From the NCBI GenBank assembly GCA_965203905.1, contig CBDBDQ010000005.1, positions 4,768,001 to 4,832,000 on the forward strand: DNA of 64,000 nt. Direction: 5' to 3'. The position numbers were made by a program, and so were the translations under genes. The first letter of the stretch is position 1; each line of letters begins with the position of its first letter. Shown piece by piece: positions 1-9,019 of this stretch. The DNA is from Spirochaetia bacterium (GTDB taxonomy: Bacteria > Spirochaetota > Spirochaetia > SZUA-6 > Bin103). The notes below the pieces were generated by a model, which worked only from the letters and a program-made list of their open reading frames with translations, was not told where the DNA came from and ran no database searches.

Positions 1-771
1 CAGGCGCTGCATTACCGCATGGGCGGTCATGCCGCGATGCTGGATCTTCCCGCCCTTGGCGACTGGCACCAGGAGCGCACCCGGCCAGAAGCCGCGCCGG
101 GCGAGCCACGCATCGACGGCCTCGCGGCCGCCGGTCGGTGCATAGACGATTCGTTCCTTGCGCCCCTTACCCCGGCGCACGGTAACCGCGCCGTCGTCGT
201 AGTCGTCGAGTTGGACGGTGACGACCTCGCTGCGGCGCAACCCGCAGCCGTAGAGCAGCGCCAGCATGGCGGCGTCACGGGCGCCGACAGGCGTGTCCTC
301 GCAGAACAGGAACAGCCGGCGCACGTCGCCGACGTCGACGTGGCGGCCAGCCGGCAGAGTGCTCGCCGGCACGTTCTTCACGTTGACGATGCGCGTCATG
401 GTATCGGCGTCGATCTGTTCGAGGTTGAAGGCTTCCCTGGCCACGCCGCGCAAGGCCGACAGCAGGTGGTTGATCGTGGCCGGCTTGGCACCATCCTCGA
501 TCAGCCGTGAGCGCAGCGCCGAGACATGCTGATAGCGTATCTGGGGCCAGTCCACGGCCAGGGCGTCGATGGTAAGGCCCGCGGTGAGGATCTCGGCCGC
601 GCGATTGAGTGCGCGCTCCAGGCCGCGGCGGCCGACCGCGGACGGCTTGCCGGCCAGGTAGACGGAGGCAGGGTTTTCGTCGAGCGGTCCCGGATCGGCC
701 AGGACCGGAACCGGCGCGGCCGCGGCCGGCGGTTGCGCCTGGGGAACGACAGCGGGCGGCAGCGCCTTCAT
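1..771 (-). CDS. Tyrosine recombinase/integrase (NPAxVYL-type N-terminus); runs off the left edge of the window
   Basis: Absent from the ORF track because it has no stop in the window. Hand translation of the minus frame from ATG 771: MKALPPA...ENPASVYLAGK...ATINHLLSALRGV...PVGARDAAMLALLYGCGLRRSEV...VRRGKGRKERIVY...GGKIQHRGMTAHAVMQRL, containing the catalytic R (LRRSE) and K (GKGRK). The ATG overlaps the upstream stop (ATGA). Confidence 0.92.
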   Translation of the reverse strand, partial: MKALPPAVVPQAQPPAAAAPVPVLADPGPLDENPASVYLAGKPSAVGRRGLERALNRAAEILTAGLTIDALAVDWPQIRYQHVSALRSRLIEDGAKPATINHLLSALRGVAREAFNLEQIDADTMTRIVNVKNVPASTLPAGRHVDVGDVRRLFLFCEDTPVGARDAAMLALLYGCGLRRSEVVTVQLDDYDDGAVTVRRGKGRKERIVYAPTGGREAVDAWLARRGFWPGALLVPVAKGGKIQHRGMTAHAVMQRL

Positions 772-1070
772 GCCGCACCCCGCCGTCGCGGCCGCGGCTC
801 GGCGGGCGCACGGCGCCGCTGGATGATGCCGACCATGGTACCCTGCGTGGTGCGGGCGGTAGCGATCGCCGCCGTCGTCATTCCGTCCAGTGTAGCATCG
901 ACCGGCAGGCCCGCACTCAGATAGCCGGCGCGCAAGTGGCTCCACCAGCGATCGCCGCGCGCCTCGCGGTGCGCGTACAGCGCGTTGACGCGCCCGATCT
1001 GGTGCGCCAACTGGAGTGCGGTCGGCATCCAGGGTACCCGCTCGGAGTACCGTAGTCTCTTGGTGCTCAT
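768..1070 (-). CDS. Hypothetical protein (~100 aa, MSTKRLRYSERV...)
   Basis: Internal ATG of ORF 768..1316 preceded by AGGAGG; stop overlaps the recombinase start. Confidence 0.65.
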   Translation of the reverse strand: MSTKRLRYSERVPWMPTALQLAHQIGRVNALYAHREARGDRWWSHLRAGYLSAGLPVDATLDGMTTAAIATARTTQGTMVGIIQRRRAPAEPRPRRRGAA

Positions 1071-1127
1071 GTGTGAAAACTTCCTCCTGTAGATGTTTTC
1101 GGCACCCCGGCTGGGGCGCAAGGGTAG

Positions 1128-1195
1128 GGCGAGCGGGCAGGGCTCGAACCTGCCGGCGGGGTCATTGACCCGTCTCTCCAGCAGAACCTCTCGCC
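1128..1195 (-). ncRNA. tRNA-like element 1 (cloverleaf with T-loop; no canonical anticodon loop)
   Basis: Minus strand GGCGAGAG-GTTCTGCTGGAGAGAC-GGGTC AAT GACCC-CGCC-GGCAGG TTCGAGC CCTGCC-CGCTCGCC; intergenic. Confidence 0.55.
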
Positions 1196-1222
1196 AAGGG
1201 AACGGGGGCGCGTCCTGGCCTG

Positions 1223-1528
1223 CTACCGGAACGCACGATCCCAGCGCCGTGCGGCGATGCGGGCGCGCTGTACGCGGCGCCAGCCCCAGCCATAGGTGCG
1301 GTGCCAGCGGCGGCACGCGAAGTAGCCGCAGCCGACGACGATCGGCGTGGTCGGTGCCGCGCCTCTGGCGACGCGATCCCGGAGGATCATGCGCCAGCCG
1401 TCGAACTCGCGGTGCCAGCGCAGCCGCGTCACATCCCAGGCCATCACCTGCAGCAGCGCAGCCGCGTAGGCAGCCGTGGCGGCCACCAGCAGCACCGGCG
1501 GCGCCGCCCAGGTCAGATCAATCAGCAC
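1223..1528 (-). CDS. Hypothetical membrane protein
   Basis: GTG start after AGGAGG; N-terminal hydrophobic helix (PPVLLVAATAAYAAALLQVMAW). Confidence 0.6.
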   Translation of the reverse strand: MLIDLTWAAPPVLLVAATAAYAAALLQVMAWDVTRLRWHREFDGWRMILRDRVARGAAPTTPIVVGCGYFACRRWHRTYGWGWRRVQRARIAARRWDRAFR

Positions 1529-1617
1529 GGGTGTCCTCCTGCCGGCCCGGGCGGCCCGGGAACGGGACACGCGGTAACGGGCGCCTGCCGTGCGCGCCCG
1601 TGGTAGGGTGGGGTGGG

Positions 1618-1731
1618 TCATGACCTATCGCCTTCTGGACGAGTAAGCAGCCGCACCAGGAAGCGGACGGCGACCCACACCAGGAGGGCGGCAGCCGCGA
1701 TGGCTGCCGCCCCCAGGAACAACTCCGCCAC
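1618..1731 (-). CDS. Small single-TM protein (37 aa)
   Basis: Hand translation MAELFLGAAAIAAAALLVWVAVRFLVRLLTRPEGDRS*; starts 3 nt after the lipoprotein stop; below the ORF track cutoff. Confidence 0.5.
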   Translation of the reverse strand: MAELFLGAAAIAAAALLVWVAVRFLVRLLTRPEGDRS

Positions 1732-1734
1732 CGG

Positions 1735-2214
1735 CTACTTGGCGTCCAGCGGCGGCGCCTCCCAGCCTTCCGGGAGCTGCTGCGTCTCCGGTCCGCGCTC
1801 CCACACCACCGGCTGGCTGTCGGCGGCCGCGGCGGCGATGGCCGCGGCGAAGTGGGCGTCGAGGTCGACGTGCACCGGCAGCGGCACGGCATCCGAAGCC
1901 GCCAGATCCAGGCCCAGGTCCGCGAACGGCGCGCCCCAGGGATCCACGGACGGCAGCACCAGCTCGGCGGCGTAGCCGTAGCCGTAGAAGGGATCGAACG
2001 GCAAGGCGTCCGGCCCCACGATGTCGGCCTGCACGTCGGCGACGGTGACGAAAGCGACGTCGGCCGGTGCTGCGTACAGCGCGGCGAGCGGGTCCCCGTT
2101 CCCCGGCGCCGGCGCGGCGTCCGACGTGGCCGGCGCGATCTCGTTGCCGGTGCAACCCATGACGAGGATCGCCACCAGGGCGATCACGATGAACGGTACT
2201 CCAAGCTTCACCAT
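1735..2214 (-). CDS. Putative lipoprotein
   Basis: Signal peptide with a lipobox-like VMG-C; AAGGAG RBS. Confidence 0.65.
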   Translation of the reverse strand: MVKLGVPFIVIALVAILVMGCTGNEIAPATSDAAPAPGNGDPLAALYAAPADVAFVTVADVQADIVGPDALPFDPFYGYGYAAELVLPSVDPWGAPFADLGLDLAASDAVPLPVHVDLDAHFAAAIAAAAADSQPVVWERGPETQQLPEGWEAPPLDAK

Positions 2215-2241
2215 GGAGCTCCTTGGCCGCAGTAGCGGCTA

Positions 2242-2291
2242 CGGACGGCGGGGGGAGTCGAACCCCCCGCTCGGGACCAACCCGGCGTCCG
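2242..2291 (-). ncRNA. tRNA-like mini element 2
   Basis: Minus strand CGGACG-C-CGGG TTGGT CCCG-A-GCGGGGGG TTCGACT CCCCCCGC-CGTCCG: canonical T-loop stacked on a closing stem. Confidence 0.55.
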
Positions 2292-2390
2292 GACACAGGC
2301 AGGGCGCCCCCGGTGTGCCTGAGGGCGCCCTGCAGGCGCGTGTCGTGCGGTGTGTGTGGTAGGTGCCGGCTGCCGGCCGGCGCGGTCTCT

Positions 2391-3308
2391 CTAACTCGGC
2401 TCCGCTTCCAGGTAGGCCACCACGTCCGACCAGCGGCGGGTCACGACCGAAAGCTGCTCGCGCTCGTCGTTCTCGCGGTCGGTCATGGCCAGCCACGCAT
2501 CCTCGTCGCGGTACTCGGTCACGGCCTCCCCGATCGGGTCCTGAATCACGCGCGGGTCGAGCGCATCCAACTCCCACGACTCCGCGCCGTAGCGGGCGAA
2601 GTACATCTCGTAGCGCGAATCACTGAGCTTCGCCGGGTTCGGCGGTGGCTGAAAGGTCTCGATCTGGTCGAAGTTGAGGGCCAGCCCGGAGCACCGTCAC
2701 GTCCTCGCGGGCGAACAGGCCCAGCCGCACGTCGTTGTCGCGGGTCATGTCGATGCCGCTGGGATCGTGGTCGCCCAGGTGCAGCACCACCACGTCCTGG
2801 CCGGCCTCGCGGTACTCGGCGAAGCGCTTGCCGGCCGCCCACTGCTCTGACTGGCTGACGTAGCCGCGGCAGGCGAAGAAATCCTCGTCCAGCCGGCGGC
2901 AGATCCGCTCACCACGCCGATCAGCGCTTCCTTCTCGATCCAGACCTCGACCCGGCAGGGCTGATTCTCCCACTTGTCGATGCGGAAGCTGCGCGCCGCG
3001 GCCTCGATGATGGCGGCGGGATCGTCCCAGTGTGGGTTGCTCTCCAGGTTCCTGGTGCGGTCCTCGATGGCGTTCCAGTCGACCCGGCCGGCCATGCGCG
3101 CCTCGCTGATGATGTTGCCCAAGCGCTTGTAGGAGCGCTGGGTGTTGGCGATCAGGTCGCGGGCCACGAACTGGTAATAGAGCTGGCGCAGGGTCAGCTT
3201 GAAGCCCTGCGCCGCGTACTCACCGATGATGGTGTTCGCCTGCTCGATGATGGCCAGCGACGAGGCGGCGAACTTCTTGTCGATGAATGCCTCGAATGCC
3301 GCGGTCAC
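2391..3308 (-). pseudogene. Toprim-domain protein (Topo VI-A/Spo11-like fold, phage type), two frameshifts
   Basis: Joined from ORFs 2745..3626, 2620..2973 and 2391..2606: TLRQLYY...VEVWIEKEAL...CRGYVS...LHLGDHDPSG...WELDAL. Shifts near 2907 and 2685, which could be real decay or assembly indels. Confidence 0.75.
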
Positions 3309-3718
3309 TCGTCGCCCTCCTGCTTCGGCGTGAAGGTGAAGCGGCAGACCTCGCCGAACGTGTGGCTCAGCTCGCACCTGCCTGTGAAAGAATTGCCGGC
3401 GTCCTCGGCGCGGCCGTAGGCTTCGAGTACTTCGCCGATCAGGCGCCGGTCGCGGTTCGAGTACTCGATACCCTGCTCGGCGGCGGCCTCGATCCCCTCG
3501 ACCAGGGCGTAGCTGTAGTCGGCCTTGGTCTGGATCGTAACCGGGCAGTCGTAGGGAAGCTGGTCGGCCATCGCCAGCTTGCCGCGGCGCGCCGCCTCGG
3601 CTTCCATGCCGTCGGCGTAGCGCCACGCCAGCTCGATCTCGCCGGCTATGTCGAAGTTGGTGCGGGCGGCGATGATCCCCTGCAGGGCAGCCGCGGCGAA
3701 CGTCTCATGTCTTTCCAA
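3305..3718 (-). CDS. Phage-type hypothetical protein
   Basis: TTG start after CAGGAGAG; FAAAALQGIIA...AWRYADGM pattern typical of small phage proteins. Confidence 0.6.
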   Translation of the reverse strand: MERHETFAAAALQGIIAARTNFDIAGEIELAWRYADGMEAEAARRGKLAMADQLPYDCPVTIQTKADYSYALVEGIEAAAEQGIEYSNRDRRLIGEVLEAYGRAEDAGNSFTGRCELSHTFGEVCRFTFTPKQEGDE

Positions 3719-3753
3719 AGTGTCTCTCCTGGTGGTGGTAGGTAGGTTCGGTC

Positions 3754-4021
3754 TCAGCCCCGCCGCAGATCGCGCAGCCGAAACACGCCGTCGGCGTTGA
3801 TGCGCCCCCGGTCCGCTGCCTCGGCGTAGTGCAACTCGCCATCGCTGGCCAGCACCTGCAGCGGGTAGCCGGGGGGCGATGTCAGGGGCGCGAAGCGCCG
3901 GGTTGCGCTGCGCATAGCGCGACGGGTAGCTGGCGGTCTCCAGGTCGGCGGCGTGGTAGACCAGGCGGAAGATGGCGACCTTGCCATCCTTGGTGCGCCA
4001 CAGGTCCTCAGGCGCGCTCAT
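3754..4021 (-). CDS. Hypothetical protein (probable frameshift at the G run near 3875)
   Basis: MSAPEDLWRTKDG... continues sensibly into PPGYPLQVLASDGELHY... of ORF 3754..3987. Confidence 0.45.
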
Positions 4022-4221
4022 GGGCAGCCCCGCAGCGCCAGCGCGGCGCGGTAGCCGTCCAGGTACGCATGGGTCTCAGCCGCGGTGCCCTGGTAGAGCC
4101 ACTGGCCGCCTCGGGAAACGGTGTAGCCGGCGATCCCGGCGCCGGCGCCGTGCGGTTCGGTCTCGTCCCGGAGCCGGAGCTTGGCGGCCTTGTCGGCCAG
4201 GGTCCTGGTGCCGCCGGTCAT
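4018..4221 (-). CDS. Hypothetical protein, paralog of 6464..6760
   Basis: AAKLRLRDETEP...GIA...RGGQWLYQG...YLDGY; ATGA coupling on both sides. Confidence 0.65.
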   Translation of the reverse strand: MTGGTRTLADKAAKLRLRDETEPHGAGAGIAGYTVSRGGQWLYQGTAAETHAYLDGYRAALALRGCP

Positions 4222-4553
4222 TCTCGATGCTCCTCTTCCAGCAGCGCGGCGCGCGCGAGGCGGCGCGACTCGCGCAGCCGTTCCGCGCGCTCTGCGTGGG
4301 CGACCTTGAGCGCGTAGCCGATGTCGCTGAAGGCGAGCTCTGCGCACTGCAAGCACATCGGGCCGTACAGCCAGCCGTTGACCAGCTCGGCCGTGGCGAG
4401 GTTGCAGCGTACGCAGCGGGTCGTGTTCGCGGCGATCGCCCGGGCGTAGGCCTCGACGACCTCGAAGGCGCAGTCGCGCACCCGGTCGTTGCCGGCAAGC
4501 TCGTCGTGCAGCGCGCTGCGCAGGTCTCGGATGGTGCTCGCCAGATCAGTCAT
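4218..4553 (-). CDS. Hypothetical protein with a CxxC...CxxC zinc-binding motif
   Basis: CVRC...CLQC; coupled to its neighbours. Confidence 0.6.
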   Translation of the reverse strand: MTDLASTIRDLRSALHDELAGNDRVRDCAFEVVEAYARAIAANTTRCVRCNLATAELVNGWLYGPMCLQCAELAFSDIGYALKVAHAERAERLRESRRLARAALLEEEHRE

Positions 4554-4737
4554 CCGACAGCCCCCACACGTCCCGCTGCCACTGCTCGGTGGGCATGTTG
4601 GCCATGGGCGCGGTCTCGACCATGGCGCGCTCGCGGGCGGCGCGCAGCGCGTTCGCATCGGTCAGCAGCTCGCGCTCGACCCGCTTGTTCTCGCGGCGCT
4701 CCTGGCGCCACCGTTGCGATCCTCTCGGGTTTGGCAT
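4546..4737 (-). CDS. Small basic hypothetical protein (63 aa)
   Basis: GGAGGAG RBS; arginine-rich N-terminus MPNPRGSQRWRQERRENKR. Confidence 0.55.
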   Translation of the reverse strand: MPNPRGSQRWRQERRENKRVERELLTDANALRAARERAMVETAPMANMPTEQWQRDVWGLSDD

Positions 4738-4802
4738 AGGTTGTCTCCTCCGATCTTTCTGCGGCGGTCCTGGGAACCTTTGGAACGTGTCGCAGGAAGT
4801 AG

Positions 4803-4828
4803 GGCGGGCACCCCGAAGGGCACCCGCC
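4803..4828 (-). terminator. cUUCGg stem-loop after ssb (processing or termination signal)
   Basis: GGCGGGTGCCC TTCG GGGTGCCCGCC; no U-tract. Confidence 0.35.
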
Positions 4829-4838
4829 TTTGTGGGAT

Positions 4839-5240
4839 CTAGCTGGCAGCGGCTGCCGGCTCCGCGCCGACGGAGTGGACCCCGGCGGCTTCGCGGGGCC
4901 GGTGCCGCACCGGCTGGAACTCCACCTGCTCGGCGACGATCACGACCTTGGCGCGCGCGTTGCCCTCGGTGTCCTCCCAGCGCTCTTGCTTCAGGCGCCC
5001 GACCACGCGGATGCCGCGCCCCTTGGCGAGGTGCTCGTGGCACACTTCGGCGAGCTTGCCCCAGGTCGTGGTCTCGATGAACGAGACTTCCTCGGTGCGC
5101 TCGCCCTGGCGTTCCGGGTCCCTGTAGGAACGGTTCGACGCCAGCACCAGCGTGCAGGTCGGCGTGCCCTTCGGCGTGTAGCGGAGCTCGGGATCTCGGG
5201 CGAGATTGCCCTCCAAGAGGACCGAATTGAGGTTGTTCAC
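4839..5240 (-). CDS. ssb: Single-stranded DNA-binding protein
   Basis: NSVLLEGNLARDPELRYTPKG...WGKLAEVC...KGRGIRVVGRLKQERW; GTG start after AGGAGG; lacks the acidic DDIPF tail. Confidence 0.93.
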   Translation of the reverse strand: MNNLNSVLLEGNLARDPELRYTPKGTPTCTLVLASNRSYRDPERQGERTEEVSFIETTTWGKLAEVCHEHLAKGRGIRVVGRLKQERWEDTEGNARAKVVIVAEQVEFQPVRHRPREAAGVHSVGAEPAAAAS

Positions 5241-5328
5241 GTACAACCCTCCTGTGGCCATGGCTCATTCAGGCACCGGGCGGCCAATCCCGGCACGATA
5301 CGGGCCAGCTACGGCCCGTATTTCGCCA

Positions 5329-5604
5329 CTATTCGGCGATGGCTACCGTGACCCAGCCGCGCGCCGTATCGAGCGCAGCAGGCACGGTGCGGTGAGATTC
5401 GGTGCGGCAGTCGCCGCCGTCGCTGCGCAGCAGCATCACGGTGTACGGCCGGCGGTGCCGGCCCATCAGCAGTAGGTCGCTGCGCCACACCACGGCGCGC
5501 CGGTTGCCCTGGCGGTACACCAGGACCCGGCGCGGCGCGCGGGTGAAGCGCGCGGGTTCGCGGGAGAATTGCAGGCTCATGCCGTTGCGGATGGCGACCC
5601 GCAT
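5329..5604 (-). CDS. Hypothetical protein
   Basis: ORF abutting the upstream stop (TGAATG). Confidence 0.55.
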   Translation of the reverse strand: MRVAIRNGMSLQFSREPARFTRAPRRVLVYRQGNRRAVVWRSDLLLMGRHRRPYTVMLLRSDGGDCRTESHRTVPAALDTARGWVTVAIAE

Positions 5605-6021
5605 TCAGGCTGCCTCCGGCTGCCGCAGCAGCGCGCCGGCGCGGCGCAGCCGCTCGGTCACGGTCGTAGGCCCGATCTCCGCGTGGTCGTTCCAGGACGC
5701 GATCGCGTTCATCGGCAGCGTGCCCGGGTCGAAGTAATCCGGATGCGTCTCCAGGATTGCGTCGACCATCGCGCGTTGCGCGGTCTCGGTGATGGTTCCC
5801 AGCAGTTGCGGCGGCGCGCTGCGCCGCGCGGCGACGTGGATCGCCCCGGATGCGCACCAGCACACGGCGTCGTCACTGGTCGGTGCGCAGGGCACGTTGT
5901 CGGCGCCGCGCGCCGTGGAGAAGCGGCACCACCCGGTCTCGATGTACCGGGCGGCGCCGTCCAGGACCTCCGCTGCCGCTTCGCGGATTGTCTGAGGCTG
6001 CGGTTGCGCTACCATCACCAT
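5605..6021 (-). CDS. DUF6197-like phage protein
   Basis: VLDGAARYIETGWC...VCWCASGAI...IASWND; paralog of 8103..8594. Confidence 0.65.
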   Translation of the reverse strand: MVMVAQPQPQTIREAAAEVLDGAARYIETGWCRFSTARGADNVPCAPTSDDAVCWCASGAIHVAARRSAPPQLLGTITETAQRAMVDAILETHPDYFDPGTLPMNAIASWNDHAEIGPTTVTERLRRAGALLRQPEAA

Positions 6022-6467
6022 CAAGCAGCCCTCCGCGCCACGTAGGCGCCGAGCGGGTAGTCGGTGACCGCTGGGCGCCCCTGGCGCAGCCGGATCAGCT
6101 CGCGAAGGTGCCGGCGGATGTCGGCCTCGGTGTGGAACCGGGCCATGACCCATTCCGCTGCCGCGGCCTCCCAGGCGGCGCCGCCGGTGCGCTTGGCGCG
6201 CAGCCGCGCCTGCGCCTCGCAGCGCCGGAAGTACACCACGGTCTCGCGGTCCGCCTTCAGGGTGCGCTCGATCATGGTGACCAAGCTCGGCAGGGTGCCG
6301 TAGGCGGCCACGCCACGGGCGCAGCCGCGCTCGACCCGGCTGCCGTCGCGCATGGTCCAGACGGTGCTGTAGGTGCGGTCCTCGACCGTGACGGCCGCAG
6401 CGCGCAGCCGCGCCATGCGCTGCGCATCATCCAGGTCCTGCCTGATGAATCGCTGTGCCGCGGTCAC
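6021..6467 (-). CDS. Hypothetical protein
   Basis: GTGA/TGATG coupling on both sides. Confidence 0.6.
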   Translation of the reverse strand: MTAAQRFIRQDLDDAQRMARLRAAAVTVEDRTYSTVWTMRDGSRVERGCARGVAAYGTLPSLVTMIERTLKADRETVVYFRRCEAQARLRAKRTGGAAWEAAAAEWVMARFHTEADIRRHLRELIRLRQGRPAVTDYPLGAYVARRAA

Positions 6468-6760
6468 GACAGCGACTCCGCTGCGTCGGCGTCGCCGCCG
6501 AGCGACCATATCGCGCTCGACAGGTTCTCGACGTCCTGATTGCGGTCCTCCAGGATCGACCGTGCCGCGCGCAGGATGTCCACGTCGCTCAGGCGCGTGT
6601 CGCCGCCGGCCTCGTAGCCGTCCAGGAACGGGCGCACCCCGGCAACCTCGCCGTGGTAGATGCGCTCATCGCCCCGGTACACGGCGCGCGCCGCGATCCC
6701 GTTCGGGTACGGCTCGGTCTCGACCCTCAGCCCAAGGCGGGCTGCCACGTCGTCACTCAT
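6464..6760 (-). CDS. Hypothetical protein, paralog of 4018..4221
   Basis: AARLGLRVETEP...GIAARAVYRGDERIYHG...FLDGY; GGAGG RBS. Confidence 0.65.
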   Translation of the reverse strand: MSDDVAARLGLRVETEPYPNGIAARAVYRGDERIYHGEVAGVRPFLDGYEAGGDTRLSDVDILRAARSILEDRNQDVENLSSAIWSLGGDADAAESLS

Positions 6761-6810
6761 CGATATCCCTCCAGATCGCTCCGGCGCCCTGTAGCGCCTG
6801 CGAGCTATCG

Positions 6811-6855
6811 GCCGGCGGGGTGGTGTTGAACCACGCTCACGCTTGTCCCGCCGGC
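6811..6855 (-). ncRNA. tRNA-like mini element 3
   Basis: Minus strand GCCGGCGGG-ACAAGCGTGAGC-GTGG TTCAACA CCAC-CCCGCCGGC; begins 4 nt after the radC stop. Confidence 0.5.
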
Positions 6856-6859
6856 GTTC

Positions 6860-7333
6860 TCATGCAAACCCTCCCAGCTTGCGCTCGGCCATGCTCACGA
6901 ATCCACGTCGCGCCACGATCACGTGGTCGTAGACGTCGATCTCCAGGGATTCGGCGCCGCCCAACAGCTTGCGGTTGATCCGCAGGTCGGCAGGGGAAGG
7001 CGCCGGGTCTCCGCTCGGGTGGTTGTGGACGACGATCATGTGCGGCGCCCCGGCAACCACTGCCGGGCGCAGGATCTCGGCGATACGGGTTGAGGCGGCG
7101 TTGACGGTGCCCTGGTAGACGGTCACTGCCTCGATCAGCTCTGACTTGTTGGTCAGCAGCAGCACCCGGAGTTGCTCTTGCAGCAGCCCCGTCATGTCTG
7201 CGCAGAACGCGGCGACACTCTCAGGGGTCATCAACACCGTGTCGCTGTTCTCCGCTCCCTTGGCCACGCCGTAGCGCAACGCGATCTCCCGCAGCAGCGC
7301 TTGGTTGTCCCTGAGAACTCCCAGCAGCTCCAT
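6860..7333 (-). CDS. radC: RadC-like JAB/MPN domain protein
   Basis: QEQLRVLLL...HNHPSGDPAPSPAD...DHVIV JAMM motif; short mobile-element type. Confidence 0.92.
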   Translation of the reverse strand: MELLGVLRDNQALLREIALRYGVAKGAENSDTVLMTPESVAAFCADMTGLLQEQLRVLLLTNKSELIEAVTVYQGTVNAASTRIAEILRPAVVAGAPHMIVVHNHPSGDPAPSPADLRINRKLLGGAESLEIDVYDHVIVARRGFVSMAERKLGGFA

Positions 7334-8103
7334 CAGTCCAGCTTCTCGCTTGGCAGCCGGATCTCGCTGCTCATGCACTCGCGCATTCCCATGACTCCGC
7401 CGTCCGCCATGTAGACTTGATCGCCCTCGATCCGGGTGACGGTGCGCCACTGGTGACCGTTCATCGTGTCCAGCACGCGGTCACCAACCGCCACCACCAC
7501 CTCACGCTCGTCAACGACCTCGGGCGGCGCGTCGCGCTCATCGCGCTCCGGGCTCGCCTCGCTCGCGTTCCACTCGCCGCTGCGCGTCCAGGTATCGGCG
7601 GCGCGCTCCGCATCGGTGTAGTGGGAGAACTGCTTGGTATGGCGATGCTCTGGCAGCGTGTTGCGGTCCAGTACGTAGGCTTCCACGGTGTAGGTCCGCG
7701 CGACCATCGCCGGCGACAGGCGCCGCTCGTTGGTCGCGAGCGTAGCGTTGCGCCCGGTCTCCCATGAGTCCGACACCCACCGGACGCGCGGCGCAGTAAG
7801 GTCGCTCATCACGTGGCCCGGCACGAACGTCTCGTCGGCAGTGTCGCCGCAGTACAGCTCGATCATGTTGGCGATCTGCTTCACCACGCCGTGGCACTCA
7901 TGCTCGGCTGCGATCGCCTGCGCCGCCTGTAGGACGTGCAGGTCCTTGATTCGCGGGTCCAACACCAGATCCTCGATGCGCTCCGGGAGCGCTGCGTTGA
8001 GCGCATCCCGGAGTCCCTCTGCCTCGCGCCGAGCCACCAGGATCGACACGTTCGGTACGTTCAGGTTCACCCGCCCGTTGCCGTGTACCGTTGCCGTTGC
8101 CAT
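7333..8103 (-). CDS. Hypothetical protein (256 aa)
   Basis: Coupled by TGATG overlaps. Confidence 0.65.
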   Translation of the reverse strand: MATATVHGNGRVNLNVPNVSILVARREAEGLRDALNAALPERIEDLVLDPRIKDLHVLQAAQAIAAEHECHGVVKQIANMIELYCGDTADETFVPGHVMSDLTAPRVRWVSDSWETGRNATLATNERRLSPAMVARTYTVEAYVLDRNTLPEHRHTKQFSHYTDAERAADTWTRSGEWNASEASPERDERDAPPEVVDEREVVVAVGDRVLDTMNGHQWRTVTRIEGDQVYMADGGVMGMRECMSSEIRLPSEKLD

Positions 8104-8594
8104 CAGCGCCCCTCCTTCAGTCCGCGCTTCACCTCCGCGATGCGCTGCCGGATGTGGCGCGCTCCCTGGCGCAGCTTCCGCGCCGCCTGGCGCCCGTTCA
8201 CGGCCGTGTTGTCGTTCCAGTGACTCACGATGCGGGGCAGGTTGCTCATGGGGTCAGGCACCTGCCCCAGGATCACGTGTGCCGCGGCCCCGATCGCTCG
8301 CGCCCGTACCCGCGATGCGTCGGCCGTGCCGTCGGTCACCTCAGGCTCGCCGTCCTCGTCGATGTCCAGCTTGGTGTGCCCAAGGTCCAGCAGCGCGCGC
8401 TGGATGCCGCCACGCATGCAGAACCGCATCGCATCGGGCGACCAATAGTCGACCGCGCGGTTGCCCATCTGCGCCTCGACGCCGTGTGTCCACCCGCGCT
8501 CAACGCGGAAGGCGGCGCGTTCGAGAACCTGCGCCGCCTCCGTATCCCTGAGGATGCTGTCTTTGATCCCGTCGATGGTCTCTGCGCTCAGCAT
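8103..8594 (-). CDS. DUF6197-like phage protein
   Basis: VLERAAFRVERGWT...MRFCMRGGI...IVSHWND. Confidence 0.65.
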   Translation of the reverse strand: MLSAETIDGIKDSILRDTEAAQVLERAAFRVERGWTHGVEAQMGNRAVDYWSPDAMRFCMRGGIQRALLDLGHTKLDIDEDGEPEVTDGTADASRVRARAIGAAAHVILGQVPDPMSNLPRIVSHWNDNTAVNGRQAARKLRQGARHIRQRIAEVKRGLKEGR

Positions 8595-9019
8595 CAGCAG
8601 TACCCCTCATGCGGTTCCCGCGAGTGCACGCACCCCGTCTCCTGGCACACCGGGCATTCCCAATCCTCTGGCGTTACGCCTGCGGCGCAGGTCGGGCACT
8701 GCGGGTCGTCCTCGGTGTGGTCGTAGTGGTAGGTGCACACCGGGAAGCCGAAGCGCTCGCCCGTCGCATCGCACCCACACAGGGTGCAGCGGCGCGGCTT
8801 CTCTTCCTCGCCGGTGTCGGTGTCGGTCGCCGTCACGGGTGGCGCGCTGCCGTAGCAGGCCGTTCCCATCACTGCGATGCGATGCACGCGGCTACCGTCC
8901 GCGAGCCGCCATGTCTGTTGACCGTCGACCGTGCCGAGCCGCTCCCCGTTCGCGTTCAACCACGCGATCCGCTGCTTGTCGTCAAGGTCCGTCCTGTTGA
9001 AGGTCTGCGCCGCCGTCAC
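8594..9019 (-). CDS. Cys-rich hypothetical protein (multiple CxxC)
   Basis: CTLCGC, CPTC, CPVC motifs; coupled. Confidence 0.6.
   Translation of the reverse strand: MTAAQTFNRTDLDDKQRIAWLNANGERLGTVDGQQTWRLADGSRVHRIAVMGTACYGSAPPVTATDTDTGEEEKPRRCTLCGCDATGERFGFPVCTYHYDHTEDDPQCPTCAAGVTPEDWECPVCQETGCVHSREPHEGYC

Noticed and set aside
19-510. Plus-strand ORF, and other long GC-rich antisense ORFs (16354..18168, 46333..47850, 49827..51002)
   Set aside because: Shadow ORFs opposite real genes; no motifs of their own.
1128-1195. Functional tRNA gene
   Set aside because: The anticodon arm has only a 3-nt loop and there is no CCA; kept as a tRNA-like element instead.
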